A stretch of DNA of 64,000 nucleotides from Nitrosopumilaceae archaeon (lineage in GTDB: Archaea > Thermoproteota > Nitrososphaeria > Nitrososphaerales > Nitrosopumilaceae). Made by a program: the position numbers and the translations under genes. A model generated the notes under the pieces. It was given only the letters and a program-made list of their open reading frames with translations, made no database searches and had not been told where the DNA came from. The DNA lies in the NCBI GenBank assembly GCA_965203465.1, contig CBDBCR010000001.1:672001-736000 (forward strand), read 5' to 3'. Within the stretch, counting starts at the first letter, position 1. Every line of letters starts with the position of its first letter. This document shows positions 49,401-59,127 of this stretch, piece by piece.

Positions 49401-50715
49401 CGATCGGTTTCAGGCGGTATTCCTCCCCCCAGTCCGTCCTGTTTATGTTCGACGAATATTCGTAGTCGTAGCTCCTGACAGAAATGACGGTCGAGATCCT
49501 GTCGTTTGCCCAGAGCTTTTGCAGCAGGTGCTTCAAGGCGTTCATTGGCTTTTTGCTCCTGCTGATGGCGTCTACGGAATCGAAAACGACCACCGGCTTT
49601 GCGCGCCGCGCCACCTCGTACAGCGCGTCTGCAAAATTGAGCCCCGGCACTATGTCCTTGTCCAAGTCTTCGAACGACTCCGCGCCGAGGTGATCGTCGC
49701 ACCTTACGAAGAACGCCGGCCGGCTCTCGGCGAGCCGCTCGTATGCCTTGCACAAGAGGACGCTCTTGCCCGACCCCTTTTCTCCGGTGACTGCCACCCT
49801 GCCGCGTTTTGCCAGGGCTTTCTCGATGTCCGAGACTCGGTCGTCCAGAGGTATCGTTCTGTTACGTATCGTGGTGGAAATGCCGCGGACGGCGCCTCTG
49901 CTGATCTCGTCCATCTTTTGTCTTGCGTCCGCCGAATCCTGCCCGACTCCGCCGGACGCGTAGGGCCTACCCGGTGCCGTTCGAGCTGCGGCCGAGCCGC
50001 CTTTGACGGCGATCTGGATCAGTTTGGACTTTGGGCCGAATCTGATCTCTACAAAGATCTTGTCTGTGCGGCTACCGACGACTTGGCCCGGCCTGAGTTT
50101 GAACCGGAAACGTCCGTGTGGGTCTGTCCTCAATCCCGTCACGTATATGGAATGAGGAGCCCCGTTGCCATCCACGGGGTGGTGCACGTACACTTCGCCG
50201 ACGGGCTCTTGCCCGGTGCCGGAAATGGCAACCTCGCCGTCGAGCGTGCACTCCGCCTTGTCCGCTTCGGCGTCTATCCTGATCCTGTTTCTTGCCAGTG
50301 CACGCTGTTCCAGCATTTCGCTGGATTTCGTAATTGCATCCCACACATCATCCGTTAAATCGTCGTCAATCCTGTTATTTTCTATATACTTGATAGAACT
50401 ATCAAACCACTTAATTTCAGACAGGTGGGGCTTTATCGTTCTGCTAACGACCGGGATTATTTTGATGTTGTGTTCTCTGCAAAAGCAATACTCCCAGCGC
50501 ACCCATTCGCGGTACCGAGATTGAGAATTCAGAATCAGGAAAAGAACATCCGTCTTTACTAGATTTTCCAGGATTGTCTCCATTATCTGATCTCCAGATT
50601 CAATATGATCGATGGAAAAAAACGTCTCCATATCCAGATCGTTTTCGAGCTGCTCCTTGATTGTTCTGCCAGCATGCGAGTGTCCTGCGTGGGAAATAAA
50701 TGCCCTCGATTGCAA
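46483..50715 (-). CDS. TIR - Ig-like - STAND NTPase - HEAT-repeat protein (Avs-like)
   Basis: AFISHA...WVRWE (TIR with catalytic Glu); beta-rich insert; Walker A GEKGSGKS; Walker B VVFDSVD; FFHHAYLDY; HEAT-like LSKDPSSMVRA and LLDDPDHQVRE. TTG 50715 lies 24 nt below ATTTAA. Confidence 0.87.
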   Translation of the reverse strand: MQSRAFISHAGHSHAGRTIKEQLENDLDMETFFSIDHIESGDQIMETILENLVKTDVLFLILNSQSRYREWVRWEYCFCREHNIKIIPVVSRTIKPHLSEIKWFDSSIKYIENNRIDDDLTDDVWDAITKSSEMLEQRALARNRIRIDAEADKAECTLDGEVAISGTGQEPVGEVYVHHPVDGNGAPHSIYVTGLRTDPHGRFRFKLRPGQVVGSRTDKIFVEIRFGPKSKLIQIAVKGGSAAARTAPGRPYASGGVGQDSADARQKMDEISRGAVRGISTTIRNRTIPLDDRVSDIEKALAKRGRVAVTGEKGSGKSVLLCKAYERLAESRPAFFVRCDDHLGAESFEDLDKDIVPGLNFADALYEVARRAKPVVVFDSVDAISRSKKPMNALKHLLQKLWANDRISTVISVRSYDYEYSSNINRTDWGEEYRLKPIADSELEQMLEHLGNPGVPDRLKGMFYNPFRLKLLSLILEKSPDADFGDMRHETDLYYKHWHEYVEKTESPARAKELLYGVSLEMAKRQQTAIPYDDFGDQGLMDGVCGEGVLVRNKDSLGFFHHAYLDYVISKFIIERQDLVEFISNDGYNTFLRPTVVFALSWLHRDKPALFACTVERILKSDLKYFWKISALTAMSQITELGGQDFSAIADLLTREKVLRGHFFIELAKRANPIWFELWKDAYFEKWISDPALKPDLITSYLRSIKHEARHADIFRAVRKIVERAGNVFDQRNAVKLAAELETDGHEGWMSKMATNEHVHARAGLAESLPKLMDACPRAVPDIFCDLFTYEEKSKEKTTAASYGTFNLTSNLRQDNMMVVWQLGEMFPGLLKKNPELMVRAAIQLFERILHPLRKRQEGDIIEDSGTYYADIADPRHKIIKDVKEYVGGCAEEELRRLAPIIRKTRLATFRALLLDAMVARKERFLQEIFAELSDPQAYLVGGMGGSVLAAIGGVAAMLEKEQAASLLDTIMDARQPGKSGSGAAALMRKAAFLSAFPQDLLGPVHRDVLDRHSPKLGVPSSGPKVQVRKDAEPDPRKILERHCGGDKGLDRRDVLMALLKCLEGGVELDEVEVSGMRRLLSDCKGDPDPAESEDEQDGSLAYSFTVRGLVAECAIIMTDMYKDASLVPLVRELSKDPSSMVRADVCKSLPRLANYDYGLAYEIGLEYSRDRDRRVQFFVQDMLRIAAGKDASHALRMLENMVGAGNKSEHVGAYMLYLALAKSEPRAASLLDAAIDGAESEICMHLPFYLKRYVDEFRDEALDIFYRLLDDPDHQVREKACFFLLGWAEDSADGGLLPKIERHLDRIASETERSPCDPRLLEELAKFLAKKWERMPGKSLEYLEKIAGMEGYAPVQPVLAEETLKVLSGLLHQPLPERQAQRCLDVLDTYAMAGWPDALGLLSAMEKRD

Positions 50716-51038
50716 GACACGCGACTTATCTCCTTTGCTTAAATACCTGCCGTCTATCCCCGGCCAATCTGTTCTCGACCGAATGGCGGTCCATTTCTGA
50801 CGCAGACGTGTCCGAGTCAGCACGGCTGTAAAGGCGGGCGGAGTCCGGTTCGGCGTTGCGTTGTACGGGCGTCAGAGCGGTCATCCGTCGGTGTGGACGC
50901 CATGCCGGAGGCGTCGGAACGGCGCCCCTGCCGTTCCGAGCAGTTTTGCGGTGGCCGCCGTCTTGGTGACATGGGCAGGCATTAACTCCGGGCGCGCCGG
51001 CATCGGAAGTTTTTATACGCGCGCAACCCGGGCGCAGA

Positions 51039-51878
51039 ATGTGCGAACGGGCAAAACCACCGCGATCGGGCCCCGGGCGGGATCCTGATTTGACGAACGT
51101 CCGAGGATCGGAGTGGTCTGGTTTTCTGGATCGCGGCAAGGCGGATCTCGAGGCATGCAAAATGGCCGACGCGCAACTCTCCGCGTACTTGGCGCAGCAG
51201 GCGGTCGAAAAGCACGCAAAGGCCCTGATCCTAAAGTGCGGGATCGGCAGCGGGCCAGGCCGGTTGGGGCACTTTGTGCTGAGAGGCATGATCGACGAGC
51301 TCGTAAACCAAGAGGGCACGGCGCGCAAGATTGCCACAGAAAAAGGATGGTCCATCCAGCAGCTAAAGATAAACTGGGGGCTTCTTGGCGGCAAGCTGCA
51401 AGAGATGGAAAGCGGATCCAAGTTGAAAGAGATGGTGTTCAAAGAATCACTCCAAATAGAGCACAACGACGCGGAGCAAGAGGCCGTCGGCGAGTACGGG
51501 GTAGGTCTCGACATCCCTCCCACCCAAGAGATCGTCGGCATGCTGGACACGTTCAGAGACGCCGTCTCGTCTCAGATCGATGCCTCAAAAGGACGCGCCT
51601 CGGCCGATCCAGACGAGGCAAAGTGCTTCGCCTTGGCTGCGCTCATGGCCGCGTCTGTCAGCATCGTGCGCCTGTTCCCGCACGAGACGTATGGCAGATA
51701 TCCCATCGCCGTGGGGGGCGAGCGGGCTGCCCAAGTCTATCAGAGCCGCCGCAAGGAGCTGGCAGATCTGATAGCCCAGGCCGAAAAAGACTGCGAATTG
51801 CTGGAAAAGGTCGCGCTGGCCGTGCCGGACATGTCGCAGCCGGGCGGTTCCGTACGGGCGGGCGGGAACGGCCCGTAG
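51039..51878 (+). CDS. HEPN domain protein
   Basis: ADLEAC...SAYLAQQAVEKHAKALI...LGH...GRYP; TTTTTATA at 51010. Confidence 0.8.
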   Translation: MCERAKPPRSGPGRDPDLTNVRGSEWSGFLDRGKADLEACKMADAQLSAYLAQQAVEKHAKALILKCGIGSGPGRLGHFVLRGMIDELVNQEGTARKIATEKGWSIQQLKINWGLLGGKLQEMESGSKLKEMVFKESLQIEHNDAEQEAVGEYGVGLDIPPTQEIVGMLDTFRDAVSSQIDASKGRASADPDEAKCFALAALMAASVSIVRLFPHETYGRYPIAVGGERAAQVYQSRRKELADLIAQAEKDCELLEKVALAVPDMSQPGGSVRAGGNGP

Positions 51879-52161
51879 GCGAGAAGACGGGCCTGCGACT
51901 TTTGCCCGTCAAGAAATGCAAGCCAGTCGGAGCGGAGCGACCGCCCCTCTCCTCCCCGGATCGCGCGCGGCGAAGTGCTGGTGCGGAACCAGAGCGGGCG
52001 CAGACGGGGCGACCGCGCCGCCACGGTCCGGCGCCCGATCTTAACGCCGCGCAGGAAGCAGCATCTTTGGCTCTATCGTGGCCCGCATATGGGCCAAGCC
52101 GCTCAGCAACGGATCGCCGCTCGCCCCGGATTTAATCACGGGCGGCGCGCTGCCAGGTCCG

Positions 52162-52428
52162 TCAAGAGCTGTCCAGGCGGTAAATGTAGACGTGCGTCGG
52201 GTTTTCGCTGCCGCCGCGGCCTCCTTCCATGTAGCGATCGGTGAAATATTTCTCGATTTCGTCTGCGTAGATCTTGCGCCCTACGTTCCACACGCGCCAA
52301 GTGTGAGGATCGCCGTGTTCGCCCTTGCGTCGGTCGGGATCGTTGGTGATTCCGATATACCATTCTTTGTAGTTCCCTTCAGTAATCTCGTGTATTTTCT
52401 CGATTAATTGGCGCGACAGTCCTTGCAC
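52162..52428 (-). CDS. Small GIY-YIG-like nuclease
   Basis: WYIGITNDPDRR..EH...ADEIEKYF...GGRGG...VYIY; GTG 52428 inferred from a TATA-like box at ~52450. Confidence 0.7.
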   Translation of the reverse strand: MQGLSRQLIEKIHEITEGNYKEWYIGITNDPDRRKGEHGDPHTWRVWNVGRKIYADEIEKYFTDRYMEGGRGGSENPTHVYIYRLDSS

Positions 52429-52770
52429 GGCGCAAGTGGCGATCACGCGTATATGAATCCAGCTGTGCGGCATCTGAGCTTTTCCGCGCCTGTCCACTGA
52501 GGATCGGGCGCCGGCGCTTGGCCGCGATCCTTGCTGTCTAGCAGACGGGACTGGCCGTAGGTGCGCCCTTGCACCCAGATCCGACCTTTGGCCGTGCCGC
52601 GAAGCGGGGCGTCTTTCGGCCCCGCCTTCAGTTTCCCGCAGTTTCTTCGTGCACGAGGCGGAGACGCCAGATTCCCATCCAAATGTTTCGGGCTCTAAAA
52701 TCGCTCGCCCCGCTTTGCTCCCGCGGCCCGGCCTGCCGCGCACGATGCAGATCTCGCATTGTCGGAGGTT

Positions 52771-53742
52771 CTAGAGGCGAGACCTCCACTTCCGCAATTC
52801 GGCAAACCCTGCATCGCGCGGTATCGGGTTCTCTTTTGCCGGCACTCCTGCGACGCTCTGTTCGTAGAACGCCTCGCCGGTCCTCCCGGGATATTTGGCC
52901 ATCGAAGACTCGTAGAAATCCCAGTGTACCCGGTAGTGGTTCGTGCCTATGATCGGCTCCCACGCCTCTTCTACCTCTTCGTGTTCCACGTCCGGGCCTA
53001 CTATGAACTCGATCTCTGCTATCTCGCGCAGGCTGTTGCTCTTCCACGCGTTCTGCACTAGTTCGAAAGCCGCGACGTCGGTTTTCGGGGCGCTGTACCC
53101 AAAGACGGTCAGCACGGGCGCCTGCCTCAGCCCCCGCCGCGCGGTCGCCCACTGGGCCCTTACGAACGGCTCCTTGTCGTAGTCTTTCTGCCTGATCGGG
53201 TAGAGCAGCGGGGTGTTTTTGTACGGCTCCCCGCACGTCGTGCACGCCCGCCCGGCGCTGTCGTACTTTTTGTCCCGCTCGCAGTACCCGATCCTCACGT
53301 TGCCGTGCGGATAGACCACTCGGGGCACGTCCAAGCCCGACAGCACGTTCCTTTCCATCGCCATGTGCAACAAGGGATCCCAGTTGAACGTCACGACGAT
53401 GTCGTTTTCTCCAAGCGACAAAACCAGGTGATCGTAGAGCGTGGGCTCGTCTGGAATCTCCAGCCCGCCAAAGTAAGATTCTACCCTGCGTTGGACCTCT
53501 TTTATCTTGTCCGCCTCGCCTTTTTCGTACAGCTCGCTGAAGATGTCTTCGAAGTTCCGCTCGTAGTCGATCCCCCACCCTCGGAGCATGTCCTTGACCC
53601 CTACAACCTTTGCAAAGTCTGCCATCAGGGGGAGTTTTTCCCCGTTCCTGTCGCCGTCCGGAAACGCCGCGCGGCTCGCCCCCGCGCCCAATATGACGAC
53701 GTGGGGGCGGCCTGCCAACGATCTTTTTACTTCGTGCTGCAC
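52771..53742 (-). CDS. SIR2-like (SIR2_2) domain protein, putative NADase
   Basis: VVILGAGAS, TFNWD, YPHGN, FGYS motifs. Confidence 0.88.
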   Translation of the reverse strand: MQHEVKRSLAGRPHVVILGAGASRAAFPDGDRNGEKLPLMADFAKVVGVKDMLRGWGIDYERNFEDIFSELYEKGEADKIKEVQRRVESYFGGLEIPDEPTLYDHLVLSLGENDIVVTFNWDPLLHMAMERNVLSGLDVPRVVYPHGNVRIGYCERDKKYDSAGRACTTCGEPYKNTPLLYPIRQKDYDKEPFVRAQWATARRGLRQAPVLTVFGYSAPKTDVAAFELVQNAWKSNSLREIAEIEFIVGPDVEHEEVEEAWEPIIGTNHYRVHWDFYESSMAKYPGRTGEAFYEQSVAGVPAKENPIPRDAGFAELRKWRSRL

Positions 53743-53976
53743 GCGCGCGCCTTTCGTCCGGGCGTAATGTGCCTTTGCGATCCAAGACTTGGCCGACCCG
53801 GCTGGCCCGCACTGCGTACAAGCGCCTCTGCGGGGCCGCGTGCGTCAACCGGTACCAGATCCGGGCTGCCCTGCTCGGTCTAGGCCCGGCCGCGTCTTTG
53901 GGCTGGCGAAGCCCGGCACGCGCACATCTTCGGGCGCCCGCGCAACGCACATTAGGCGGGGCCACGTCTTTGGCCC

Positions 53977-55410
53977 GTGAGAAGGTTCGATCTAAACATA
54001 GAGCGGGTGCTGGAAGACTGGGACATTCACCACGCCGTCAGGGAGATAATCGCCAACGCCGTCGACGAGCAGGCGCTTACGGGCACCAAAGACGTAGAGA
54101 TCTCGCAAAAGGGGAATCGGCGCTTTTCGATACGCGATTACGGGCGGGGGTTGAGGTACGAGCATCTTACGCAGAACGAGGACGAAGAAAAGGCGTCAGA
54201 GCCGGGGCGCGTGATCGGGAAGTTCGGCGTGGGGCTGAAGGACGCGCTAGCTACGTTCGACCGGCACCAAATAGGCGTGGCGATAAGAACCAGGCACGGG
54301 GACATCGCCATGGCCAAATCCCCCAAGCACGAGTTCGAAGACGTGATCACGCTGCACGCAACGGTCGCCCCGCCGGCAGATCCCCAGATGGACGGGACGG
54401 AAGTGGTTCTTGACGGATGCACGGGGGCAGAGATTGACAAGGCCAAGAGCCTCTTCCTCAGGTTCAGGGGCGACCGGGTGCTGGAAAAAACGCAATACGG
54501 GGAAATTCTAGAAGCAAAGGCCACGGTTGGCGGCAACCCCGTGGCGCGGCTCTCGGCCGCGTCGGGGCAGCCGGAAGGCGCGAGAATCTACGTAAACGGG
54601 GTCACAGTCGCCGAAGAGCCCAATTTCCTCTTTTCCTACAACATCACGTCCATGACCGGATCCATGAGAAAGGCGCTCAACCGCGAAAGGACGCACGTGG
54701 GACGCACCGCGTACGCAGACCGGGTGAAATCCATCCTGCTGGCCGGCCGGAGCCTGGAGGTCGCAAGGCTGCTGACGCAGGATCTCGGACGGTACCAGGC
54801 GGGGACGCAACACGACGAGACGAAATACGTGGAAGTCTCGACGCACGCGTCCAGGATCCTCAACGCGCACTCGTCGACGGTCTTTGTCACGCCGCGGCAA
54901 CTGGAAGCCAACGTTAACGCGATAGACCACGCCAGGCGCGACGGCCACTCCGTCACCGTCGTGCCCGAGAGCGTGAGCTACAAAATCAGGGGACTGCGGG
55001 ACATCGTGGGCGAGGTGATCAGAGATCTGCCGCAATACGCCCGAGAATTCGACGAAAGCTTTGAGTTTGAATTCGTAAGCCCGGAGGATCTGACCGCGGC
55101 AGAGCGCAGGATCTACGACAAGACGGAGCGGATCTTTAACCTCATCGGCGGCAGACCCAGGGAGATCAGGACGGTGCGGATCTCTGAGACCATGAGGCCT
55201 GACAGTCTCGGCGCCGACGCGCACGGCGCGTGGGACTCGGACGAAAGCTTGGTGGTGATCAAAAGATCGCAGTTGGCGGATCTCGAATCGTACGCCGGAA
55301 CCCTTCTCCACGAGGCCGCGCACGCCTTGAGCGGAGCGAGCGACGTGTCGCGCGATTTCGAATCCTCGCTCACCCGCATAATAGGCAAGATATGCGCAAG
55401 GCTTTCCTGA
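53977..55410 (+). CDS. GHKL (HSP90/MORC-like) ATPase with C-terminal zincin metallopeptidase motif
   Basis: REIIANAVDE, IRDYGRG, IGKFGVGLK, GTEV; C-terminal LLHEAAH (HExxH). Confidence 0.85.
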   Translation: MRRFDLNIERVLEDWDIHHAVREIIANAVDEQALTGTKDVEISQKGNRRFSIRDYGRGLRYEHLTQNEDEEKASEPGRVIGKFGVGLKDALATFDRHQIGVAIRTRHGDIAMAKSPKHEFEDVITLHATVAPPADPQMDGTEVVLDGCTGAEIDKAKSLFLRFRGDRVLEKTQYGEILEAKATVGGNPVARLSAASGQPEGARIYVNGVTVAEEPNFLFSYNITSMTGSMRKALNRERTHVGRTAYADRVKSILLAGRSLEVARLLTQDLGRYQAGTQHDETKYVEVSTHASRILNAHSSTVFVTPRQLEANVNAIDHARRDGHSVTVVPESVSYKIRGLRDIVGEVIRDLPQYAREFDESFEFEFVSPEDLTAAERRIYDKTERIFNLIGGRPREIRTVRISETMRPDSLGADAHGAWDSDESLVVIKRSQLADLESYAGTLLHEAAHALSGASDVSRDFESSLTRIIGKICARLS

Positions 55411-55487
55411 GGCCGACCGCAGTTCCGGGCGCCGCTGCAGGGCAGACAGGCGCGTTGTGCGCCCGCGCAAGACGGGCCGCCCGTGCG

Positions 55488-56089
55488 GCCGCCCGGATCG
55501 GGCAGCCGCCTACCGGCGCATTTCCAGCGTCTTTGTCATTTTGGAGTGGAATTCCGGCACGTTCTGAGACCATATCCGTATGCGCTCTTCCTCCTCGTAG
55601 TCGTAGCGGTAAAACTCGTTCACGGTCCATTCCAAAAACTCCCCAAACGCGTTCATTTTTTTGTCCCTTTTGTGGAGAAACCCGGTCCTGGCCTCGCGCA
55701 GCTTTTCCGCGACGCGCTGTATCTTTTGCCGGTTGTCGCCAAAGTAAGATCTCAGCGACAAGTCCACCTCGTAGCGCTCTTCCGAGCCGTCGCTCAGGTT
55801 GACGTCGTTCAACATGGCCTTGAGATCCCGGCAGATGTCGCGCGTCTCGTCCAGAACGTCCCCGTTGTTGACCCCGGATCTCCAACGATCGTAGAATATC
55901 TTGCCCACGGCGACGGCCAAGGCGGTTGCGCCCAAAGCGAACCCCAAGACGGCCAGCGACGCCTCATCCATGCGCGACGCTCCCTCCCTGCCTTAAAATT
56001 CCTATTTATCGCAGGCGCGCCCCCCGCAAGGCCTGCCCGCGCGCCTCCCTCGGGCAGCTTTGGCCCGATCCGGGTCCGCGGGCGGCCGC
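55488..56089. repeat. Duplicated segment A2 (partner 31248-31860)
   Basis: Direct repeat at an offset of ~24.2 kb. Confidence 0.92.
55510..55971 (-). CDS. Small N-terminally membrane-anchored helical protein (paralog 2)
   Basis: Soluble part nearly identical to 31269-31742; the hydrophobic N-terminus has diverged. Confidence 0.75.
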   Translation of the reverse strand: MDEASLAVLGFALGATALAVAVGKIFYDRWRSGVNNGDVLDETRDICRDLKAMLNDVNLSDGSEERYEVDLSLRSYFGDNRQKIQRVAEKLREARTGFLHKRDKKMNAFGEFLEWTVNEFYRYDYEEEERIRIWSQNVPEFHSKMTKTLEMRR

Positions 56090-56444
56090 CCCACCAGTGA
56101 CGGGCGGGCCGCGCGTTATGCCGGATGCTGAAAAACGCCCCCAGTTCAATGGAACGGCGCAGATCCGGCCGCACGGGCAGGCCCGGCGCCTTTGCGGCCG
56201 TCCCGTCCCTGCCGCCGGTTCCCCGTCCAGCCCGCGGTTTGTGCCAGCTGGCTCCGGCGGGACCCGTGCGGGACGAGCCTGCACGGCCCCTGGTTCCGGG
56301 AACCGTCCCGCCTGCCGTCATGCCGGGGGGCTTTTTCTGCACGACGTCCCTAAAGCCCGTGCCGCGCATCGGCGCGGCAGACTACGGGTTGGGGCGAAAA
56401 ATCGGCGTCTCGGGCGGCCGCCACGAACTAAAACGAAACATCGC

Positions 56445-57296
56445 TCAGATCCCGGCGTCTGGCGCGCTAGGCAGAATCTTGGCCCCGCCGGAGCCGCCGG
56501 GCGGTTTCCTGACGGCTTCGGCAAACCGCCCTTTTTCGAATCCGGGCATCTCTTGCATGCCCGTCTTGGGTGCCTTTGGGTATTCGCTGTACGTCCTGCC
56601 GTTGATGGTGCGCCCGCCCGACTTTGGCCTGGGCCCGCCCCACTGCTTGAAGAACACCTTTACTTTCTGCCTTTTGCACTGCCTGATGAGGCCCTCCACC
56701 CACTTTTTCTCCACCTTCCTGTGGCCGGGGCCGCTCTCGCCCCCGATTATGGCCCAGTCTATATCCGCCAGGTCCACCTCGTCTATGTTCTCCAAGAGGG
56801 GCTCAAAGCTGACGAACCGCACGCCGCACCTGACCTTCCTGAGCGCGTCTATCCTGCGCGCCGCCCTGTTGTCCTCGACGCTGACCCCCATCCATATGTG
56901 GCCCGGGATCGGACGCCCAAAGTACCGGCAGAACAGCTCCGCGAAGCGGGCCATCTTTTCGGGGCGCTTTGTGAGTATCTGGTAGGTGTGCCAGTCCGCC
57001 CTGACCATGGTCTCAAAGCAGCTTGCCACAAACTCCATCCTGGACTCCTTGTGGAACAGGTCGGACATGCTGTTGACGAATATCCTGCGCGGCTTTTTCC
57101 ACCTGAGCGGAAGCTCCGCCTCGCCGTCGTGCTCTGTGAACCCAAACTCGTTTTCGTACTTTGCTATACCCATGGCCCGGAGCCTCTTGGAGAGCTTTTC
57201 CGCGTAGCAGTTTTTGCACCCCGCCGAGATCTTCGTGCAGCCCGTGGTCGGGTTCCATGTGGCCTCCGTCCACTCTATAGCCGAGCCTTCCGCCAT
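56445..57296 (-). CDS. Phage Gp37/Gp68 (DUF5131) three-Cys radical-SAM-like protein
   Basis: IEWT..TWNPTTGCTKISAGCKNCYA, FVNSMSDLFH, LTKRP, GGESG, FFKQWGG. Confidence 0.95.
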   Translation of the reverse strand: MAEGSAIEWTEATWNPTTGCTKISAGCKNCYAEKLSKRLRAMGIAKYENEFGFTEHDGEAELPLRWKKPRRIFVNSMSDLFHKESRMEFVASCFETMVRADWHTYQILTKRPEKMARFAELFCRYFGRPIPGHIWMGVSVEDNRAARRIDALRKVRCGVRFVSFEPLLENIDEVDLADIDWAIIGGESGPGHRKVEKKWVEGLIRQCKRQKVKVFFKQWGGPRPKSGGRTINGRTYSEYPKAPKTGMQEMPGFEKGRFAEAVRKPPGGSGGAKILPSAPDAGI

Positions 57297-57464
57297 CACA
57301 CACGCCTCCGGCCGCATTGCGGGCCGGGTATATTTCGGCTTTTCGCAGACTTTCTTTGTACCCTATAAAAAGAAAATTTTCTATTGCGAGGCACCAATTA
57401 CGCAAAACCGCGCCGTGTTTTATATCCGTAAACTTAATATTAAGCGGAGCGGGCACCAAGTTCG

Positions 57465-58550
57465 TTGCCCGACACAGACAAGACCGTATGGCCCATAAAG
57501 CTGCACACTAAGGCAAAGCACCAGATTTTGGAAGGGTACCTGAATAGGTGGATGCCCATCTTGGCCGGCACGGTTCCAAAACTGGTGTACCTTGACGGAT
57601 TTGCGGGCCCGGGGGTTTACTCCGACGACGAACCGGGATCTCCGGTCATCGCGCTCACAGCTGCCAAGGAACACAGCCTGGCACACAGATTCAAGAAAAT
57701 CGTTTTTTGGTTCATAGAAGACGATCCGGCGCGGGCCAAGATGCTCGAAAAAACACTGCGGGACAAGTTTCCAGATCTCCCGGAAAAATTTCCGTATACC
57801 GTAGAGACGTCGGAGTTCTCCATAGGCCTGAAGAAGACTCTGGACAAGATTGAAGCCGACGGCGAAAACCTGGCTCCGACGCTTGCATTCATAGACCCGT
57901 TCGGTTTTTCTAAAATTCCGATGGATCTCATTAAACGAATGCTGAGATACGACAAGTGCGAGGTCTTGATAACCTTCATGTCTTCGTACATACTGCGATT
58001 CCATGATGAAAAGAAGGAAAGCGCACTGGACGAACTTTACGGAACGCCAGAATGGCGCAAGATCCTGGACATGGACAACCCGGAAGAGAAAGAGAAATTC
58101 GTGGTCGATCTGTACGTGCGACAGCTCGAGCAGGCCGGTACCAAATTTCATAGGACATTCAAAATGATCGGGAAAAACAACCAGCCGTTGTACTACCTTG
58201 TCTTTGCCACGACGCACATAGCCGGCCTAGAGTCCATGAAGGAAGCCATGATGAAAGTAGATCAGCGAGGCACTTTTAAAATATCAGACAGAACCGATCC
58301 ACAACAAACCTTCCTTTTCGACTATTCGACCAAGGCGTGGATACCTGCCGCAGCCAAAGCGATCCACGAAGAATTTGCGGGACAACAGAAACACATCACT
58401 GCTGTCAAAAAATTCGTCTTGGTAGAAACGCCGTTCCTGTTCAAGAAAGAGATCCTGAAGCACATGGAAAAAGAAGGCAAGATTACGGAAGTCACTGGAA
58501 GAACCAAGAATCTCACGTACCCGGATTTCTGCACCATCACTTTTTCGTAG
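57465..58550 (+). CDS. tcmP: Three-Cys-motif partner protein (SAM-dependent methyltransferase-like)
   Basis: HTKAKHQIL..YL..W, YLDGFAGPG...GSP, FIDPFG, YYLVFAT; divergent from DUF5131; palindromic TATA CTTAATATTAAG at 57433-57444. Confidence 0.9.
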   Translation: MPDTDKTVWPIKLHTKAKHQILEGYLNRWMPILAGTVPKLVYLDGFAGPGVYSDDEPGSPVIALTAAKEHSLAHRFKKIVFWFIEDDPARAKMLEKTLRDKFPDLPEKFPYTVETSEFSIGLKKTLDKIEADGENLAPTLAFIDPFGFSKIPMDLIKRMLRYDKCEVLITFMSSYILRFHDEKKESALDELYGTPEWRKILDMDNPEEKEKFVVDLYVRQLEQAGTKFHRTFKMIGKNNQPLYYLVFATTHIAGLESMKEAMMKVDQRGTFKISDRTDPQQTFLFDYSTKAWIPAAAKAIHEEFAGQQKHITAVKKFVLVETPFLFKKEILKHMEKEGKITEVTGRTKNLTYPDFCTITFS

Positions 58551-58725
58551 GCGGTTACGGCGTCCGGGCGCGAGACGGAGGCGCGCGTGGGTTCGTCACG
58601 TGGCCGATTGTGCCGGTCGGCGGCGCCTGCCCTCCGCCGAATCCATGCCTTTCCACACAGTTGGCAGGAGCGTCCGGGCAGCCGCCCGCTTCCGTGCCTG
58701 CCTTCGTGCCAGCGGAGCCTGGGTC

Positions 58726-59127
58726 TCAACGCAGACCGCGGCGACAAACGGCGCATTCACGCGCGCCTGAATACGCCGCCCCACCGCCCAAAGCGGCCTT
58801 CGGCTCTCCGCGGCGCTTTTCCCTTGCGCGCAGCTCTGTTTTCCGGCCCTGCCTGGCCCAGACGATCCTGCCCGTTTTGACGAAATAATGCGACCCGCAC
58901 GGCAGGGACCAGTTCCCGATGGACGGATCCAGTGTTACGGACCGGCCTTCCCACAGTAGCGTCCAGCCCACCGGCCTGATCGGCGTCACGACTCTTTGGC
59001 CGCACCCGCAGGCGCACTTGTGCATGGCCGTGGCGTATGCGATCGATACGTACAGGACGCCGTGCTCCAGCTCGTCCGGTATAACGTCAACAAACCGATG
59101 CTCGATTGTCCCGAGTTTTTCCATCAT
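58726..59127 (-). CDS. DUF6527 family protein
   Basis: FVDVIPDELEHGVLYVS...HKCACGCG.RVVTP...TLDPSIGNWSLPCGSHY. Confidence 0.88.
   Translation of the reverse strand: MMEKLGTIEHRFVDVIPDELEHGVLYVSIAYATAMHKCACGCGQRVVTPIRPVGWTLLWEGRSVTLDPSIGNWSLPCGSHYFVKTGRIVWARQGRKTELRAREKRRGEPKAALGGGAAYSGARECAVCRRGLR

Noticed and set aside
56445-57296. Gp37/Gp68 gene and capsid-like ORFs as evidence of a provirus
   Set aside because: No terminase, portal, tail, integrase or replication genes are seen; DUF5131 is explained by its TcmP partner.
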